A stretch of 64,000 nt of DNA from a virus: IMG/VR virus record IMGVR_UViG_3300021961_008712, positions 32,001 to 96,000 of that record; one strand, 5' to 3'. A program made the translations under genes and the position numbers. Shown here in pieces: positions 20,454-31,149 of this stretch; position 1 is the first letter of the stretch; each line of letters starts with the position of its first letter. Below the pieces are notes generated by a model that worked only from the letters and a program-made list of their open reading frames with translations, did no database searches and was not told the DNA's origin.

Positions 20454-20650
20454 GTGCACAAACAGAAATTAATTTAGATCAAGAAAAACTTCTCATTGAA
20501 GAGAGAAAAGTTAAAGCATTAGAAAAAATTGCTATGTCTTTAGACGCATTAACTGTATGGTTTGAAGAAATAGATAAAGAAGATTGGGATAGTAGAATCC
20601 AATTCTATTTAGCGGAATGGCATAAAAATCTTGTAGAAGGACAAAAATAG
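20450..20650 (+). CDS. Small hypothetical protein
   Basis: ATGA-coupled 66-aa ORF. Confidence 0.6.
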   Translation: MSAQTEINLDQEKLLIEERKVKALEKIAMSLDALTVWFEEIDKEDWDSRIQFYLAEWHKNLVEGQK

Positions 20651-20651
20651 T

Positions 20652-22049
20652 ATGCTAAAGAAACTTGGAGTTATTGTACCGTATAGAAATAGGTATGAGC
20701 ATCTCTTAAAGTTTAAAATGGCTATTCAAGCTAAACTCTATGAAGCTAAAATTCCTTACGAATTAATTGTTGTAGAGCAAGATGATAGCGCTAACTTTAA
20801 TAGAGGTAAGCTACTTAATGTCGGTTTTATTGAAGCAGAAAAGCTAGGGTGTGATTACGTTTGTTTTCATGACGTAGATATGATACCTCAAAAAGTAGAC
20901 TATTCATACTGCGATCATCCTATACACTTAGCTACACAAGATATTCCATTTGATGAATACTTTGGAGGTATTACTATGTTTCCCCTAGATGATTTCAAAA
21001 AAATAAATGGTTTTTCAAATAAATACTGGGGATGGGGTTTTGAAGACGATGACTTGCTTTGGAGATGTAAGATAAAAGGCGTTATGTTAAACTCAATCAA
21101 AGTAACTGATGCTGGTACTAGTGGTGCTGCTTTAAAGTTTAACGGAAACTCTTCTTATGTTAAGCTTCCTAATACCATTCGGACTAGAGGAGATTTTAGT
21201 ATACTTGTGTCGATGGAACCAACAGACATTACTCTTGATCCAAATGCGAGAGAAGATAAGTATGTAGCTTTTGGTATTCCCGGGTTTGACTTTAACATTA
21301 TGTACACCAGCTTTCGTAGATTTGCTGTAGAATTTTTTGATGCAAGAAAACAACACCAGTTTGCATTCTCTAATATTATACCATTAGTTAAAGCTAATTT
21401 ATTTATTACCTATAGTAAAGATAGAAACGAACTTAACTTTTTCCATAATACCAATCTGATAAAAAAAGTAGAGTTAGAAAAACCTCTTTATTTATATATG
21501 AAAGAGGAACATATGTACTTAGGATGCTCAGACCCAAAAAGAAAAGAAGAAAATAACTGGTTTAGAGGAGTTATTAATCAGTTTGCTGCTTGGGATAAAG
21601 AATTAACTTTTGATGAAATTCAAGATATCACAGATAATAATTACTTTGGATTAGCAGATAACTTTAAAAACTATCAATCTGCAGGCAATTTGACTTCTTA
21701 TTATGATGCTAAATTTATTAAGAAATACAAACTAATAGACATGTCCGATACTGCTATAGACGGAGAAATTGTAGACTGTGAATTAGTAGCGTACGACTTA
21801 CCAAAAATGAAAAGAATGTCTATTCCTTATAGAAGAGATAGTAAATATAGAACTCTAAACCACGAACACGAAGGATTCTTAAATACAGGATGGAAAGATA
21901 TTACAACAAGATACAACCAATTAAAGTTTATGAACGAAGTTATGAGAGGGTATGGTATGCCAGAGGAAGATGGTCTTACTACCTGTAAGTACAGGCTATT
22001 ATCTCATTCTAAAGTCGGAAACTTAACACAATTAATAGCACACTTATGA
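20652..22049 (+). CDS. GT7 (beta-1,4-galactosyltransferase-like) with inserted LamG/ConA-like domain
   Basis: VPYRNR, FNRGKLLNVG, FHDVD and GFSNKYWGWGFEDDD. Insert runs from ALKFNG to FRGVINQFAAWDKELT. Confidence 0.88.
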   Translation: MLKKLGVIVPYRNRYEHLLKFKMAIQAKLYEAKIPYELIVVEQDDSANFNRGKLLNVGFIEAEKLGCDYVCFHDVDMIPQKVDYSYCDHPIHLATQDIPFDEYFGGITMFPLDDFKKINGFSNKYWGWGFEDDDLLWRCKIKGVMLNSIKVTDAGTSGAALKFNGNSSYVKLPNTIRTRGDFSILVSMEPTDITLDPNAREDKYVAFGIPGFDFNIMYTSFRRFAVEFFDARKQHQFAFSNIIPLVKANLFITYSKDRNELNFFHNTNLIKKVELEKPLYLYMKEEHMYLGCSDPKRKEENNWFRGVINQFAAWDKELTFDEIQDITDNNYFGLADNFKNYQSAGNLTSYYDAKFIKKYKLIDMSDTAIDGEIVDCELVAYDLPKMKRMSIPYRRDSKYRTLNHEHEGFLNTGWKDITTRYNQLKFMNEVMRGYGMPEEDGLTTCKYRLLSHSKVGNLTQLIAHL

Positions 22050-23461
22050 AATTAGGAGTATGTGTTCCGTACAGAAATAGAGAAGCTCACTTAAATGAGT
22101 TTGTACCGAAAGTAGGGAAGTACTTAAAAAGTCAAGGTATAGACTTTTGTATGTATTTTGCTCATCAGGTAGATGATAAACTTTTTAATAGAGGAGCTAC
22201 CAAAAATATTGCTGCTAAACATGCATTTCAAGACGGATGTGATTATATAGTATGGCATGATATAGATATGATACCTGAAGAAAATGGAGGAGCAGATTAT
22301 AGTTTTCCCACAGAAGGCCCTAGACATATTGCTACTCAGATTTCTCAAATGGATTACCAGCTTAAGTATCATGAATACTTTGGAGGAGCAGTTTTATTCA
22401 GCAAAGAACAAGTACTAGCTACTAATGGGTATTCAAATGACTACTGGGATTGGGGAATGGAAGATGATGATTTATTTTGGAGATGTCAGTTAGAAGGGCT
22501 TACAAATCAGACTTATATAGACAAAAAAATTGAAGGTCAGTATTTTAAAAGATTTGATGGAGATAAATCATTTATAAAAGTTCCATTTCAGAGAGAGATG
22601 AGATCCTTAAATTCTAGATCTCATACACTTTCTGTACTACTCCGTGCTAGGCAACAACCAGAAAAAAATCCTATATTTCTTATTGGAAGTAATAAAAGAA
22701 AGTATGTAGAATATCCTGTTGTTAGAGTGAAAGGGTACGACTACGGAATTGGATTTAACAACTCAAGAACAGTTTCTCTAACCTATTGGAATACATTCCA
22801 TCAACATAACTACATGTGGGTTAAAAGGTACGATGAGCAATGGACTTGGGTAACAGCTGTATTCGATAGTTTTGAAAGAAAATCTCACTTCTACCTGAAC
22901 GGCTCAGAGGTTGATTCTAGAGGAGGTTATGGTACGCATTCACCATTATCGTTTACTGGAAGACTTAAAAATTACGGTACAGAAGATTGGTACATAGGAA
23001 CCTCACCTTCAGAACCAGATGATAGTACAGTTAAGTACTTTAAAGGAGATATTGCAAAAGTATATGCCTGGAAGCGTCCTCTTTCTACAAAAGAAGTGGC
23101 AAATTTACATAATGAACTACCTACTGATGATTTAGTTATTGATCTAGATTTTAACAATCCTAAATCAGAATTTTTTGAATACGGTACAGAAGATAGAAAA
23201 GAAGATATATTAGTACCTAATTCTATTTTACCACATAGAATAGAAGGAAAGTTTAGATGTTTACCTCATCCTGATGAAGGTATAGTAAATGGAAAATTTG
23301 TCAAAGGTGAAACAACTGCTAGAAACGAACAAAGATATGTTCTTCAAATGCAGCAAGAAAAAATAAATTATAAAGAAGACGGTATAAAGCAAGTTCAATA
23401 TGAATTAGTTAGCGAAGAGCTGCTTACTCCTTGGGCTAAAATGATTAATATTAAATTATGA
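22046..23461 (+). CDS. Second GT7 with inserted LamG/ConA-like domain
   Basis: VPYRNR, FNRG, WHDID and GYSNDYWDWGMEDDD. Insert includes FYLNG...FKGDIAKVYAWKRPLS. Confidence 0.88.
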   Translation: MKLGVCVPYRNREAHLNEFVPKVGKYLKSQGIDFCMYFAHQVDDKLFNRGATKNIAAKHAFQDGCDYIVWHDIDMIPEENGGADYSFPTEGPRHIATQISQMDYQLKYHEYFGGAVLFSKEQVLATNGYSNDYWDWGMEDDDLFWRCQLEGLTNQTYIDKKIEGQYFKRFDGDKSFIKVPFQREMRSLNSRSHTLSVLLRARQQPEKNPIFLIGSNKRKYVEYPVVRVKGYDYGIGFNNSRTVSLTYWNTFHQHNYMWVKRYDEQWTWVTAVFDSFERKSHFYLNGSEVDSRGGYGTHSPLSFTGRLKNYGTEDWYIGTSPSEPDDSTVKYFKGDIAKVYAWKRPLSTKEVANLHNELPTDDLVIDLDFNNPKSEFFEYGTEDRKEDILVPNSILPHRIEGKFRCLPHPDEGIVNGKFVKGETTARNEQRYVLQMQQEKINYKEDGIKQVQYELVSEELLTPWAKMINIKL

Positions 23462-24837
23462 CATCTCAAGAAGTAAAAGATAAATTAGATAAGGTAGGTT
23501 GTGGATTCTGTTTAGCAAAATGGACTCAAGTAACTATGCACCTTTCTATGGGAATGACTCATTCTTGTCACCACCCTTCTCCTCACAAAATAGGGTTAAA
23601 CGAGATTAAAAGAAATCCTACTGCGCTTCATAATACAAAGTTTAAAAAACTTAAAAGAAAAGAAATGCTTGAGGGAAAAAAACCTCAAGAGTGTAACTAT
23701 TGCTGGAATGTTGAAGATAATTCTAATTCATTTTCTGATAGAGTATTTAAATCATCAGAACCTTGGTCAATTAAGAGTTACGATGATATAGTAAATTCAC
23801 ATTGGAGAGATGATTTTAATCCTAGGTACGTAGAGGTTGCTTTCTCTAATACTTGTAATTTCAAATGCGCTTACTGTGGTCCTCAATTCTCATCTAAGTG
23901 GGTAGATGAAATAGAAAAACACGGTCCGTATCCCACTTCCACTAATTTTAACGGCATCGAACACCTCAAGGCAAAAAATGAAATGCCTTATAAGCACTCA
24001 GAAGATAATCCTTATCTAGATGCATTTTGGGAATGGTGGCCAAGTTTGTATCGTGATTTGCATACTTTTAGAATTACAGGTGGAGAGCCTCTACTTGCCA
24101 AGGACACTTTTAAAGTTCTAGATTATATTATAGAACAAGAAGAACCTAACACAGAATTAGCATTATCTATAAACTCTAATTTAGGAATACCAGATAACTT
24201 ACTTGATAAATTTATTGCTAAAGCTAAGATATTGTGTGAACAAGATAAGGTGAAAGAGTTAGTAGTCTTTACATCTGTAGAAGCTAAAGGTAAGCAGGCT
24301 GAATATACAAGATTCGGTTTGGAGTATGATAAATTTTGGCAAAACGTAGATAAGATATTAACGGAGCTACCTAAAGTAACGGTTAATATTATGGCTACCT
24401 TTAATGCACTGTCTGTCTTCACATATAGCGATTTAGTCGATAAGGTATTTGAAATGAAGAAAAAACACCACAATGGTAAACGTTATTCCATTTCTGCTGT
24501 ACAATTAGATACTTCGTACTTACGTTGGCCTAATCACCTTTCTGTTCGTATATTAGATGAAGAGCATAAAGAGTATATACTCCAAGCTGCTAAAAAAGCA
24601 CTATACTATGGACAGAGAGAATTTTCTCATAACACATACGGATTTACAAACGTAGAGATACAGAAAATTAAAAGAATATACGACTATGCTAAAGGTCATA
24701 GCGTTACATACGATAAACAAAAAAATATAGATGACTTTATTATATTTGTAGACGAATTAGATAAACGAAGAGGTACAAATTTCTTAGAGACATTCCCTGA
24801 ACTAAAAGAGTTTTATGCTAGAAATAAAAGAGGGTAA
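23458..24837 (+). CDS. Radical SAM enzyme with N-terminal Cys-rich (twitch-like) domain
   Basis: CNFKCAYC and TGGEPL. N-terminal FCLAKW..SCHH..CNYCW. Confidence 0.9.
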   Translation: MTSQEVKDKLDKVGCGFCLAKWTQVTMHLSMGMTHSCHHPSPHKIGLNEIKRNPTALHNTKFKKLKRKEMLEGKKPQECNYCWNVEDNSNSFSDRVFKSSEPWSIKSYDDIVNSHWRDDFNPRYVEVAFSNTCNFKCAYCGPQFSSKWVDEIEKHGPYPTSTNFNGIEHLKAKNEMPYKHSEDNPYLDAFWEWWPSLYRDLHTFRITGGEPLLAKDTFKVLDYIIEQEEPNTELALSINSNLGIPDNLLDKFIAKAKILCEQDKVKELVVFTSVEAKGKQAEYTRFGLEYDKFWQNVDKILTELPKVTVNIMATFNALSVFTYSDLVDKVFEMKKKHHNGKRYSISAVQLDTSYLRWPNHLSVRILDEEHKEYILQAAKKALYYGQREFSHNTYGFTNVEIQKIKRIYDYAKGHSVTYDKQKNIDDFIIFVDELDKRRGTNFLETFPELKEFYARNKRG

Positions 24838-25402
24838 GCCATGGGTCTTTTGGCCAAGCCATATATGCGATACCTTTCCAGAAAAACCTGCAAATAAGGT
24901 TATGACTGGAGATCAGGAATTTGAAGTATATGTAGATTTAAAGTTAAATAAGACTGAGAAAGTAATTGGAACCTTATTTACTCTGCTTCCACATTATACA
25001 GCTATGGATATATATGAAGGCCGTTTACTCTTTACTATGATGAATCAAGATAGAGAAACAACCTATTGGGATTTACCCCAACCTATATATGATGATTTAA
25101 GATTAAGAATATTGTGGAAACATGTCCCAAATAAAACTTTCACAGTATTTATTAATAGTAGACAAGTTCATGAAGTAGACTTAACTGAGAAAGCATTTGC
25201 CACAGAAGACGATCCTCACATAATCTTCGGCGCAGGAAACTTTCCTAAAAATGGCTACAACTTGAACTACACTGATATAGAGTTATACGAATTTAAGGTT
25301 ATGCAAAATAATCAATTACTTTGCCACCATACTTTTGAAGACTTTATATTTGACAAATCAGTAGATATTACTGATAATTGTAATTTTATGAATAAACTGT
25401 AA
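24815..25402 (+). CDS. Hypothetical beta-sandwich (LamG/ConA-like) protein
   Basis: VFIN, IIFGAG and D.TDNCN beta-rich pattern. Confidence 0.45.
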   Translation: MLEIKEGKPWVFWPSHICDTFPEKPANKVMTGDQEFEVYVDLKLNKTEKVIGTLFTLLPHYTAMDIYEGRLLFTMMNQDRETTYWDLPQPIYDDLRLRILWKHVPNKTFTVFINSRQVHEVDLTEKAFATEDDPHIIFGAGNFPKNGYNLNYTDIELYEFKVMQNNQLLCHHTFEDFIFDKSVDITDNCNFMNKL

Positions 25403-26155
25403 ATGAAAAAGTTAATAGTCTGTGGTGATTCGTATATGGCTGCTACGCAGGATCTTCCTGATAGAGCAGATTGCCTAGGTGAAGGACATTTTACTCAAAT
25501 ACTTGCTAAAGAATTAAACTTAGAGTACGACACTTTTGCTAGAGGCGGGTCATCTAACTTTCTTATTTACCTTCAAGTAAAAGAAGCAATTAAACTAAAA
25601 CCAGACCTCATTATGGTAGGGTTTACAGACAGTAATAGAGTAGAGATTTTAAACGCAGAATACTACAATAAGGATTTAGATGGTAATAGTATTGATGTTT
25701 ATCAATTTAACTATCATGAGTACCCTGATTTATCTACTGCATTAAGAAAAGAAAAGTGGAATAATAAACCAAGGTATATTTCTACATCTGTAATTAACGT
25801 AATAGATTTCCCAGAAAATTTTGAAGACAAAGGCAGGCTTTTTAGTGATAATAATTTGAAAATATATAAGGATTATTTTACTTCATTCTGGAGCCCTTCT
25901 ATTCAATCTTTATATAGTAATATATTGATGAATCATACTATAGATTTATTAAATAAGTCTAAGATAGAGTATTATATACTAGGACTAGGAGACCCTACGG
26001 ATGATCGTAGAGATAAAAGGGGAAGTAAAAATCTTAACCCACAAAATCAACCTGGCGGAGGACCCTACAGATGGCATACCACTGCAGAAACTCAAAACAT
26101 ATTAGCAAAAAATTGGATTAACTATTTTAAAGACTTATGGCAGATAAACAACTAG
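25403..26155 (+). CDS. SGNH/GDSL hydrolase-like protein
   Basis: VCGDSY, ARGGSSN and C-terminal WH. Confidence 0.65.
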   Translation: MKKLIVCGDSYMAATQDLPDRADCLGEGHFTQILAKELNLEYDTFARGGSSNFLIYLQVKEAIKLKPDLIMVGFTDSNRVEILNAEYYNKDLDGNSIDVYQFNYHEYPDLSTALRKEKWNNKPRYISTSVINVIDFPENFEDKGRLFSDNNLKIYKDYFTSFWSPSIQSLYSNILMNHTIDLLNKSKIEYYILGLGDPTDDRRDKRGSKNLNPQNQPGGGPYRWHTTAETQNILAKNWINYFKDLWQINN

Positions 26156-27657
26156 TAGAGTGGAGAGATAAACACCTCAATTCGGTAAGTAAAAGCTTTT
26201 GTGCTGCTAAGTGGTATAATGCTTCTTTACACCTAGGCCATGGATTTACTAATTCATGTCATTTACCTCTACCCCACCCTATTGATCTAGAGGAGATTAA
26301 AACTAATCCTTCAGCATTACATAATACTATGTTTAAGAAGAAGATTAGAAAAATGATGCTTGAAGGTACAAGACCTGCTGAATGCTCGTATTGCTGGAAA
26401 GTAGAAGATATAGGTGCAAATTCGATAGGTGATAGGGTATTTAAAAGCCGTATATACTCTGATGAAGATATAGCTAAGTTAGCTGAACTTCCTTGGGATG
26501 CAGATGTAAATCTTAAAACAGTAGAAGTTTCTTTTGATAGAACATGTAACTTTGCTTGCTCATACTGTAATACTGGATACTCTACTACATGGGCTAAAGA
26601 CATAGAAGAGAACGGACCTTATCAAAAATTTAAGACTACATCTGCAGGAGCTTATCATAGTGATGGTTCTTGGGCAGACGTATTTGGTAAAAATAATAAA
26701 GATAATCCATATGTAGATGCATTTATAGAATGGTGGCCAGAACTTGCACCTGAACTACAAGAGTTAAGAGTTACTGGAGGAGAGCCATCTGCATCATTTA
26801 ATTTTTGGAAGTTCTTAGAGAAAATGCAAGAAGTACCTGCACCTAATCTAAGATTAGCTGTTAACTCTAATTTAGGAGTAAATGATAAATTAATTAATAA
26901 GTTAATTGATATGTCTAATACTCTCCCTATTAAAGAGTTTGATCTATATACTTCCTGTGAGGCATTTGGTATTCAAGCAGAATATATTAGACATGGATTA
27001 GTTTGGGACGTATGGAGAAATAACTTAGTACGAATGATTGAAGAAGGAAACTTTAGACAAATTATTTGTATGATGACTATTAATTCTCTATGTCTTTACT
27101 CTATTACTGAATTCATGGATGATATGTTTACCCTTAAAGAGAAGTACGGCATGAATAAACCAGGTATAGATTTAAATATTCTTAGATGGCCTGCTTTTAT
27201 GTCACCACTAAACCTACCAGACTCAGAGAAGAAAAAACTTCATAAGAAATTAGCTGATTGGTATGAGATTAAAAAAGAGCACCCTCTTATGATGGATCAT
27301 GAAAAAGCTCAAATAGAAAGATTAATAGACTATATTGAAGTAGTAGATCAAGGACACGTAACAACAGAAGATGATAAAGAAAAACACTTCCATGATTTTA
27401 AGTCTTTTTACGAACAGCATGATGCAAGAAGAGGTTCTGATTTTAGAAAAGCATTCCCGGACCCAGATTTACTAGAGTGGTATGACTCCATTGAAGTAGA
27501 CCAGTCTATACCAGATGTACCGGTTAATGATGGACGAATTACCCATTTTGAATCAGGTGAATACGAACCAGATAAAAATAAACCAAAAGAGCTACCTCCT
27601 GCTATAAAAGAAAGAAACGAAAAACAAAGTAAAGTAAAATGGCAAAAGCTCCTGTAA
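26137..27657 (+). CDS. Radical SAM enzyme, paralogue of 23458
   Basis: CNFACSYC and TGGEP. N-terminal FCAAKW..SCH..CSYCW. Confidence 0.9.
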   Translation: MADKQLVEWRDKHLNSVSKSFCAAKWYNASLHLGHGFTNSCHLPLPHPIDLEEIKTNPSALHNTMFKKKIRKMMLEGTRPAECSYCWKVEDIGANSIGDRVFKSRIYSDEDIAKLAELPWDADVNLKTVEVSFDRTCNFACSYCNTGYSTTWAKDIEENGPYQKFKTTSAGAYHSDGSWADVFGKNNKDNPYVDAFIEWWPELAPELQELRVTGGEPSASFNFWKFLEKMQEVPAPNLRLAVNSNLGVNDKLINKLIDMSNTLPIKEFDLYTSCEAFGIQAEYIRHGLVWDVWRNNLVRMIEEGNFRQIICMMTINSLCLYSITEFMDDMFTLKEKYGMNKPGIDLNILRWPAFMSPLNLPDSEKKKLHKKLADWYEIKKEHPLMMDHEKAQIERLIDYIEVVDQGHVTTEDDKEKHFHDFKSFYEQHDARRGSDFRKAFPDPDLLEWYDSIEVDQSIPDVPVNDGRITHFESGEYEPDKNKPKELPPAIKERNEKQSKVKWQKLL

Positions 27658-28676
27658 ATTATAACTATATAAGAATACCAGAGCCCTGGGGTGGAGGACA
27701 TACCCCATGGGATACGGGGTTGGGTAATAGATTGTTACACTGGGATGTTGTATATGCTATTAATAAAAGTAATAACTATAAATTTTTTCTAGAGGTAGAA
27801 GCAAGATATTGGCGTGAATTAGAGTTTATAGAACTACCTGGTACTCGTCCGTTGAACATTAATACAGGTACAAATGAGGAGCTTCAAAAACTACTTCACA
27901 AATATGACTTTAATATAAAAAGTCAAAAAATAACCCCACTAAGTCCTCTAGGTGATGATATTTTAGATCAATTTAGTGTTGATGAAGAATATAAACTGGA
28001 ACCAAAAAACTACTATACTTGTTTTGATTGGAAATTTCTTCAACTAACTGAAAAAATAGCAATAGATAACACAGGTTTAAGTAGAATTGCTATTAAAAAT
28101 AAAATACTTTTTAATACAATTAGAAGTATGGGAGTAAATTGTGTAGGAATACATTTACGTAGAGGCGCAGGAGTATTTAAAACACCAGCGCAACTACTAG
28201 AGCTTCCTAAAACAGTACAGAATAATCCATTTTTACAAACACTTCATCCTACTACTATATATAAGTACTGGAATAATAACGTATATGAATCGTTAATAAG
28301 GGAAATCAGGCAAATAGAACCTAATCAAAAATTTTATATAAGCTGTGATTTACAAGTTGGAGAGTATGAATTTTTAAAAGAAAAATTTGGGGATAATATT
28401 AAAACCCGACAAGATGTAATTAGAGATTTACCCGATTCAATTATACAGGGAATAGACTTTACAGATGTAAAAGATGAAAGAAGAATTGCATTAGAGAGTG
28501 TAGTAGATATGATGGTACTTTCATACTGTGATTTTATTGTTGGAGCACAGCACTCAACCTGGCTAGATTCTATTCAAAGAATAAGACAAGTGCCCCACGG
28601 TTTTATCAATCAGTCGAGAGATATACTTTTGAGACATTATAATAAGGCAAAAATAAATTCAAGAGGAGTATTATGA
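27639..28676 (+). CDS. Fucosyltransferase-like (GT11/GT23, NodZ-type)
   Basis: GLGNRL, GIHLRRG, FYISCD and DMMVLSYCDFIVG...STW. Confidence 0.75.
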   Translation: MAKAPVNYNYIRIPEPWGGGHTPWDTGLGNRLLHWDVVYAINKSNNYKFFLEVEARYWRELEFIELPGTRPLNINTGTNEELQKLLHKYDFNIKSQKITPLSPLGDDILDQFSVDEEYKLEPKNYYTCFDWKFLQLTEKIAIDNTGLSRIAIKNKILFNTIRSMGVNCVGIHLRRGAGVFKTPAQLLELPKTVQNNPFLQTLHPTTIYKYWNNNVYESLIREIRQIEPNQKFYISCDLQVGEYEFLKEKFGDNIKTRQDVIRDLPDSIIQGIDFTDVKDERRIALESVVDMMVLSYCDFIVGAQHSTWLDSIQRIRQVPHGFINQSRDILLRHYNKAKINSRGVL

Positions 28677-29275
28677 GTTTTGGAATAGTAGAAAGTTTCG
28701 AAAATAAAGTCGCTGAATTCTTTGGTGCTACTTATGGAGTTGCCGTAGACTGCTGTACTCATGGATTAGAACTTTGTTTAAGGCATACAAAAGCAGATAG
28801 AATACTAGTACCAACACATACATATCTTTCGGTACCTATGTTATCTAATAAGTTAGGTATAGGTAGAATGTGGAAAGAAGAACGGTGGAAAAACTACTAT
28901 AATATAACACATAGAATAATCGATGCAGCAGTCTTATGGGAAGAAGGTTCTTACGTAAAGGGTTCTCTTATGGTTCTAAGCTTTCAATTTAAAAAACATC
29001 TCAGCTTAGGTAGAGGAGGAATGATTTTAACAGACAGTGTAGAAGACTGGTTAGCTTTAAAAGCGATGTCCTACGATGGTCGCTCACCAGAAGACATACC
29101 GTGGGCAGACCAAGAGATAGAGACAATAGGGTACCACTATTACATGACCCCTGAAACTGCATACTCAGGTTTGCAAAAAATGAATAACCCAGAATTTATA
29201 CAAAGAAAGCCCAAAGAATGGAGCTGGGAGGATTATCCAAACATAATGAAGCTAAAAGTATTTAAAGATGGTTAA
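28673..29275 (+). CDS. DegT/DnrJ/EryC1/StrS-family PLP aminotransferase (short, 200 aa)
   Basis: FENKVAEFFG...AVDCCTHGL, IIDAA and SFQFKKHL..GRGGMIL (PLP lysine). Confidence 0.85.
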   Translation: MSFGIVESFENKVAEFFGATYGVAVDCCTHGLELCLRHTKADRILVPTHTYLSVPMLSNKLGIGRMWKEERWKNYYNITHRIIDAAVLWEEGSYVKGSLMVLSFQFKKHLSLGRGGMILTDSVEDWLALKAMSYDGRSPEDIPWADQEIETIGYHYYMTPETAYSGLQKMNNPEFIQRKPKEWSWEDYPNIMKLKVFKDG

Positions 29276-30278
29276 TGTACATAATGAATATAGCAAATTA
29301 AAAGAGGTAATAGTTGGTACTATAGATAATGCTAACATGCCTAAACATGGATTTGATCTTCATGCTATTAATTACGCAGACAAAGATACAATTCCTAGTA
29401 ATGAACTTGGCTTTTTTGATCAAAAAGTGTATGAAGAAACAGCTGAAGACTTAGAAAATCTCGTTAGTATATTGAAAGACTGTGGAGTAGTTGTACATAG
29501 ACCTTCAACTTTAGACACAACAAAAACCGTTTCTAACGGACACTGGACCACAGACCAGTACTATACGTTCTGCCCAAGAGATACTATGACAGTTATAGGA
29601 AATACCATTGTGGAAGCACCTATGACGTTAAGGTCTAGACAATTTGAAACAGATGCTTATAGAGAAATTTTTCACCACTACATGGTAGGTGGGGCAAAGT
29701 GGGTATGTGCACCTAAACCTAGACTCTTAGATAACTGTTACCAAAGAGATGATCTATCTAAACTAACATTAACTAACACAGAACCCGTATTTGATGCTGC
29801 AAATATTTTAAGACATAATAGAGATATTTTGTACCTAGAATCTAATACAGGTAATTTTGCAGGATATTTATGGTTAAAGAATCTACTTGGTGATGAGTAT
29901 AATGTACACTTTTTACAAAACATGTATTCTTACTCTCACATAGATTCAACTATTGCTATTCTTAGAGATGGGTTAGTTTTAGTAAATCCATCTAGAGTAA
30001 ATGAAAAAAACCTCCCTGCATTATTTAAAAACTGGGATGTGATATACTCACCAGAAATGGTAGATATAGGATACCACAAAGTAGAAAGAGCTTCTGTATG
30101 GGTCGGTATTAATTTACTCTCAGTAGATGAAAATACTGTTATAGTAGATAATAGACAAACAGAACTAATAAAGGTGTTAAAAAAATATAAAATAGAAGCA
30201 TTAGATGCAAAAATAAGACACTCTAGAACATTAGGGGGTTCTTTTCACTGCGTTACTTGCGATACAATAAGAGAATGA
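29268..30278 (+). CDS. Amidinotransferase (glycine/inosamine-phosphate amidinotransferase family)
   Basis: NEYSKLKEVIVG, CPRD, FDAAN, HIDS and GGSFHCVTCD (Cys-His-Asp triad). Confidence 0.92.
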   Translation: MVNVHNEYSKLKEVIVGTIDNANMPKHGFDLHAINYADKDTIPSNELGFFDQKVYEETAEDLENLVSILKDCGVVVHRPSTLDTTKTVSNGHWTTDQYYTFCPRDTMTVIGNTIVEAPMTLRSRQFETDAYREIFHHYMVGGAKWVCAPKPRLLDNCYQRDDLSKLTLTNTEPVFDAANILRHNRDILYLESNTGNFAGYLWLKNLLGDEYNVHFLQNMYSYSHIDSTIAILRDGLVLVNPSRVNEKNLPALFKNWDVIYSPEMVDIGYHKVERASVWVGINLLSVDENTVIVDNRQTELIKVLKKYKIEALDAKIRHSRTLGGSFHCVTCDTIRE

Positions 30279-30279
30279 T

Positions 30280-31149
30280 ATGAAGTTTGTTTTAATAGGA
30301 GGAGCAGGTTATATTGGAAGCCAATTAACTGTTGCATTAGATACAAGAGGGCACGAAGTTACAGTTATAGATAATTTTACCTATAATCAGTCTCCTTTCA
30401 TGCCACCAAAGGTAAAAGTAATAAACGATACAGTTGAGAATATAAGAACACATCAAGCAGATATTGCCTCTGCTGATTATGTATTCTTTATGGCATCACC
30501 TAGGTTAAATGAAATTAATGATTTACCTCAACCTTTACCTTTTGTAGATGCTTTAAACGATACAGTAGATTGCTTAGGAGAAAAAACAGAATTAATATTC
30601 TTTAGTAGCTGTTCTGTGTACGGATACAATGCACAGATAGTTGATGAGACATCTCCTACTAAAATTACCTCTCTATATTCCAAACTGAAAGTTGACTCAG
30701 AAAACAATTTAATATATAAAGGAGATAATAGACTTAAAATAATTAGACTATCTACTCTGTACGGACTTTCTAGTGTTTCTAGAAATGACCTACTCATTAA
30801 TAACTTTATCAGAGATATAACATTTAGTAAATTTTTAGAAGTATACGATCCATTAGCTTGGAGACCTAATATATTTTTAGAGGACTTAATAAATATTTTA
30901 ATAGATCTGTCGGAACATAAACGATTTAGGCCTATATTGAATATTGGCTTTAATGAGTTAAATACTACTAAGCAAGATTTAATACTAACATTAGTCTCTA
31001 AAAATAAATTTGATTTTAGTGTAAAATATTACGCCCCACAAGATAGTAGAAGCTATAAAGTTAAATTTGATTTATTAAAAACTCTATTAACTTTTAGTAC
31101 ATATACCTCTTATGAAGATGGTATAAATAAAATACGTGAACAATTATGA
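30280..31149 (+). CDS. NAD-dependent nucleotide-sugar epimerase/dehydratase
   Basis: GGAGYIG, SSCSVYG and YSKLK (YxxxK). Confidence 0.88.
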   Translation: MKFVLIGGAGYIGSQLTVALDTRGHEVTVIDNFTYNQSPFMPPKVKVINDTVENIRTHQADIASADYVFFMASPRLNEINDLPQPLPFVDALNDTVDCLGEKTELIFFSSCSVYGYNAQIVDETSPTKITSLYSKLKVDSENNLIYKGDNRLKIIRLSTLYGLSSVSRNDLLINNFIRDITFSKFLEVYDPLAWRPNIFLEDLINILIDLSEHKRFRPILNIGFNELNTTKQDLILTLVSKNKFDFSVKYYAPQDSRSYKVKFDLLKTLLTFSTYTSYEDGINKIREQL

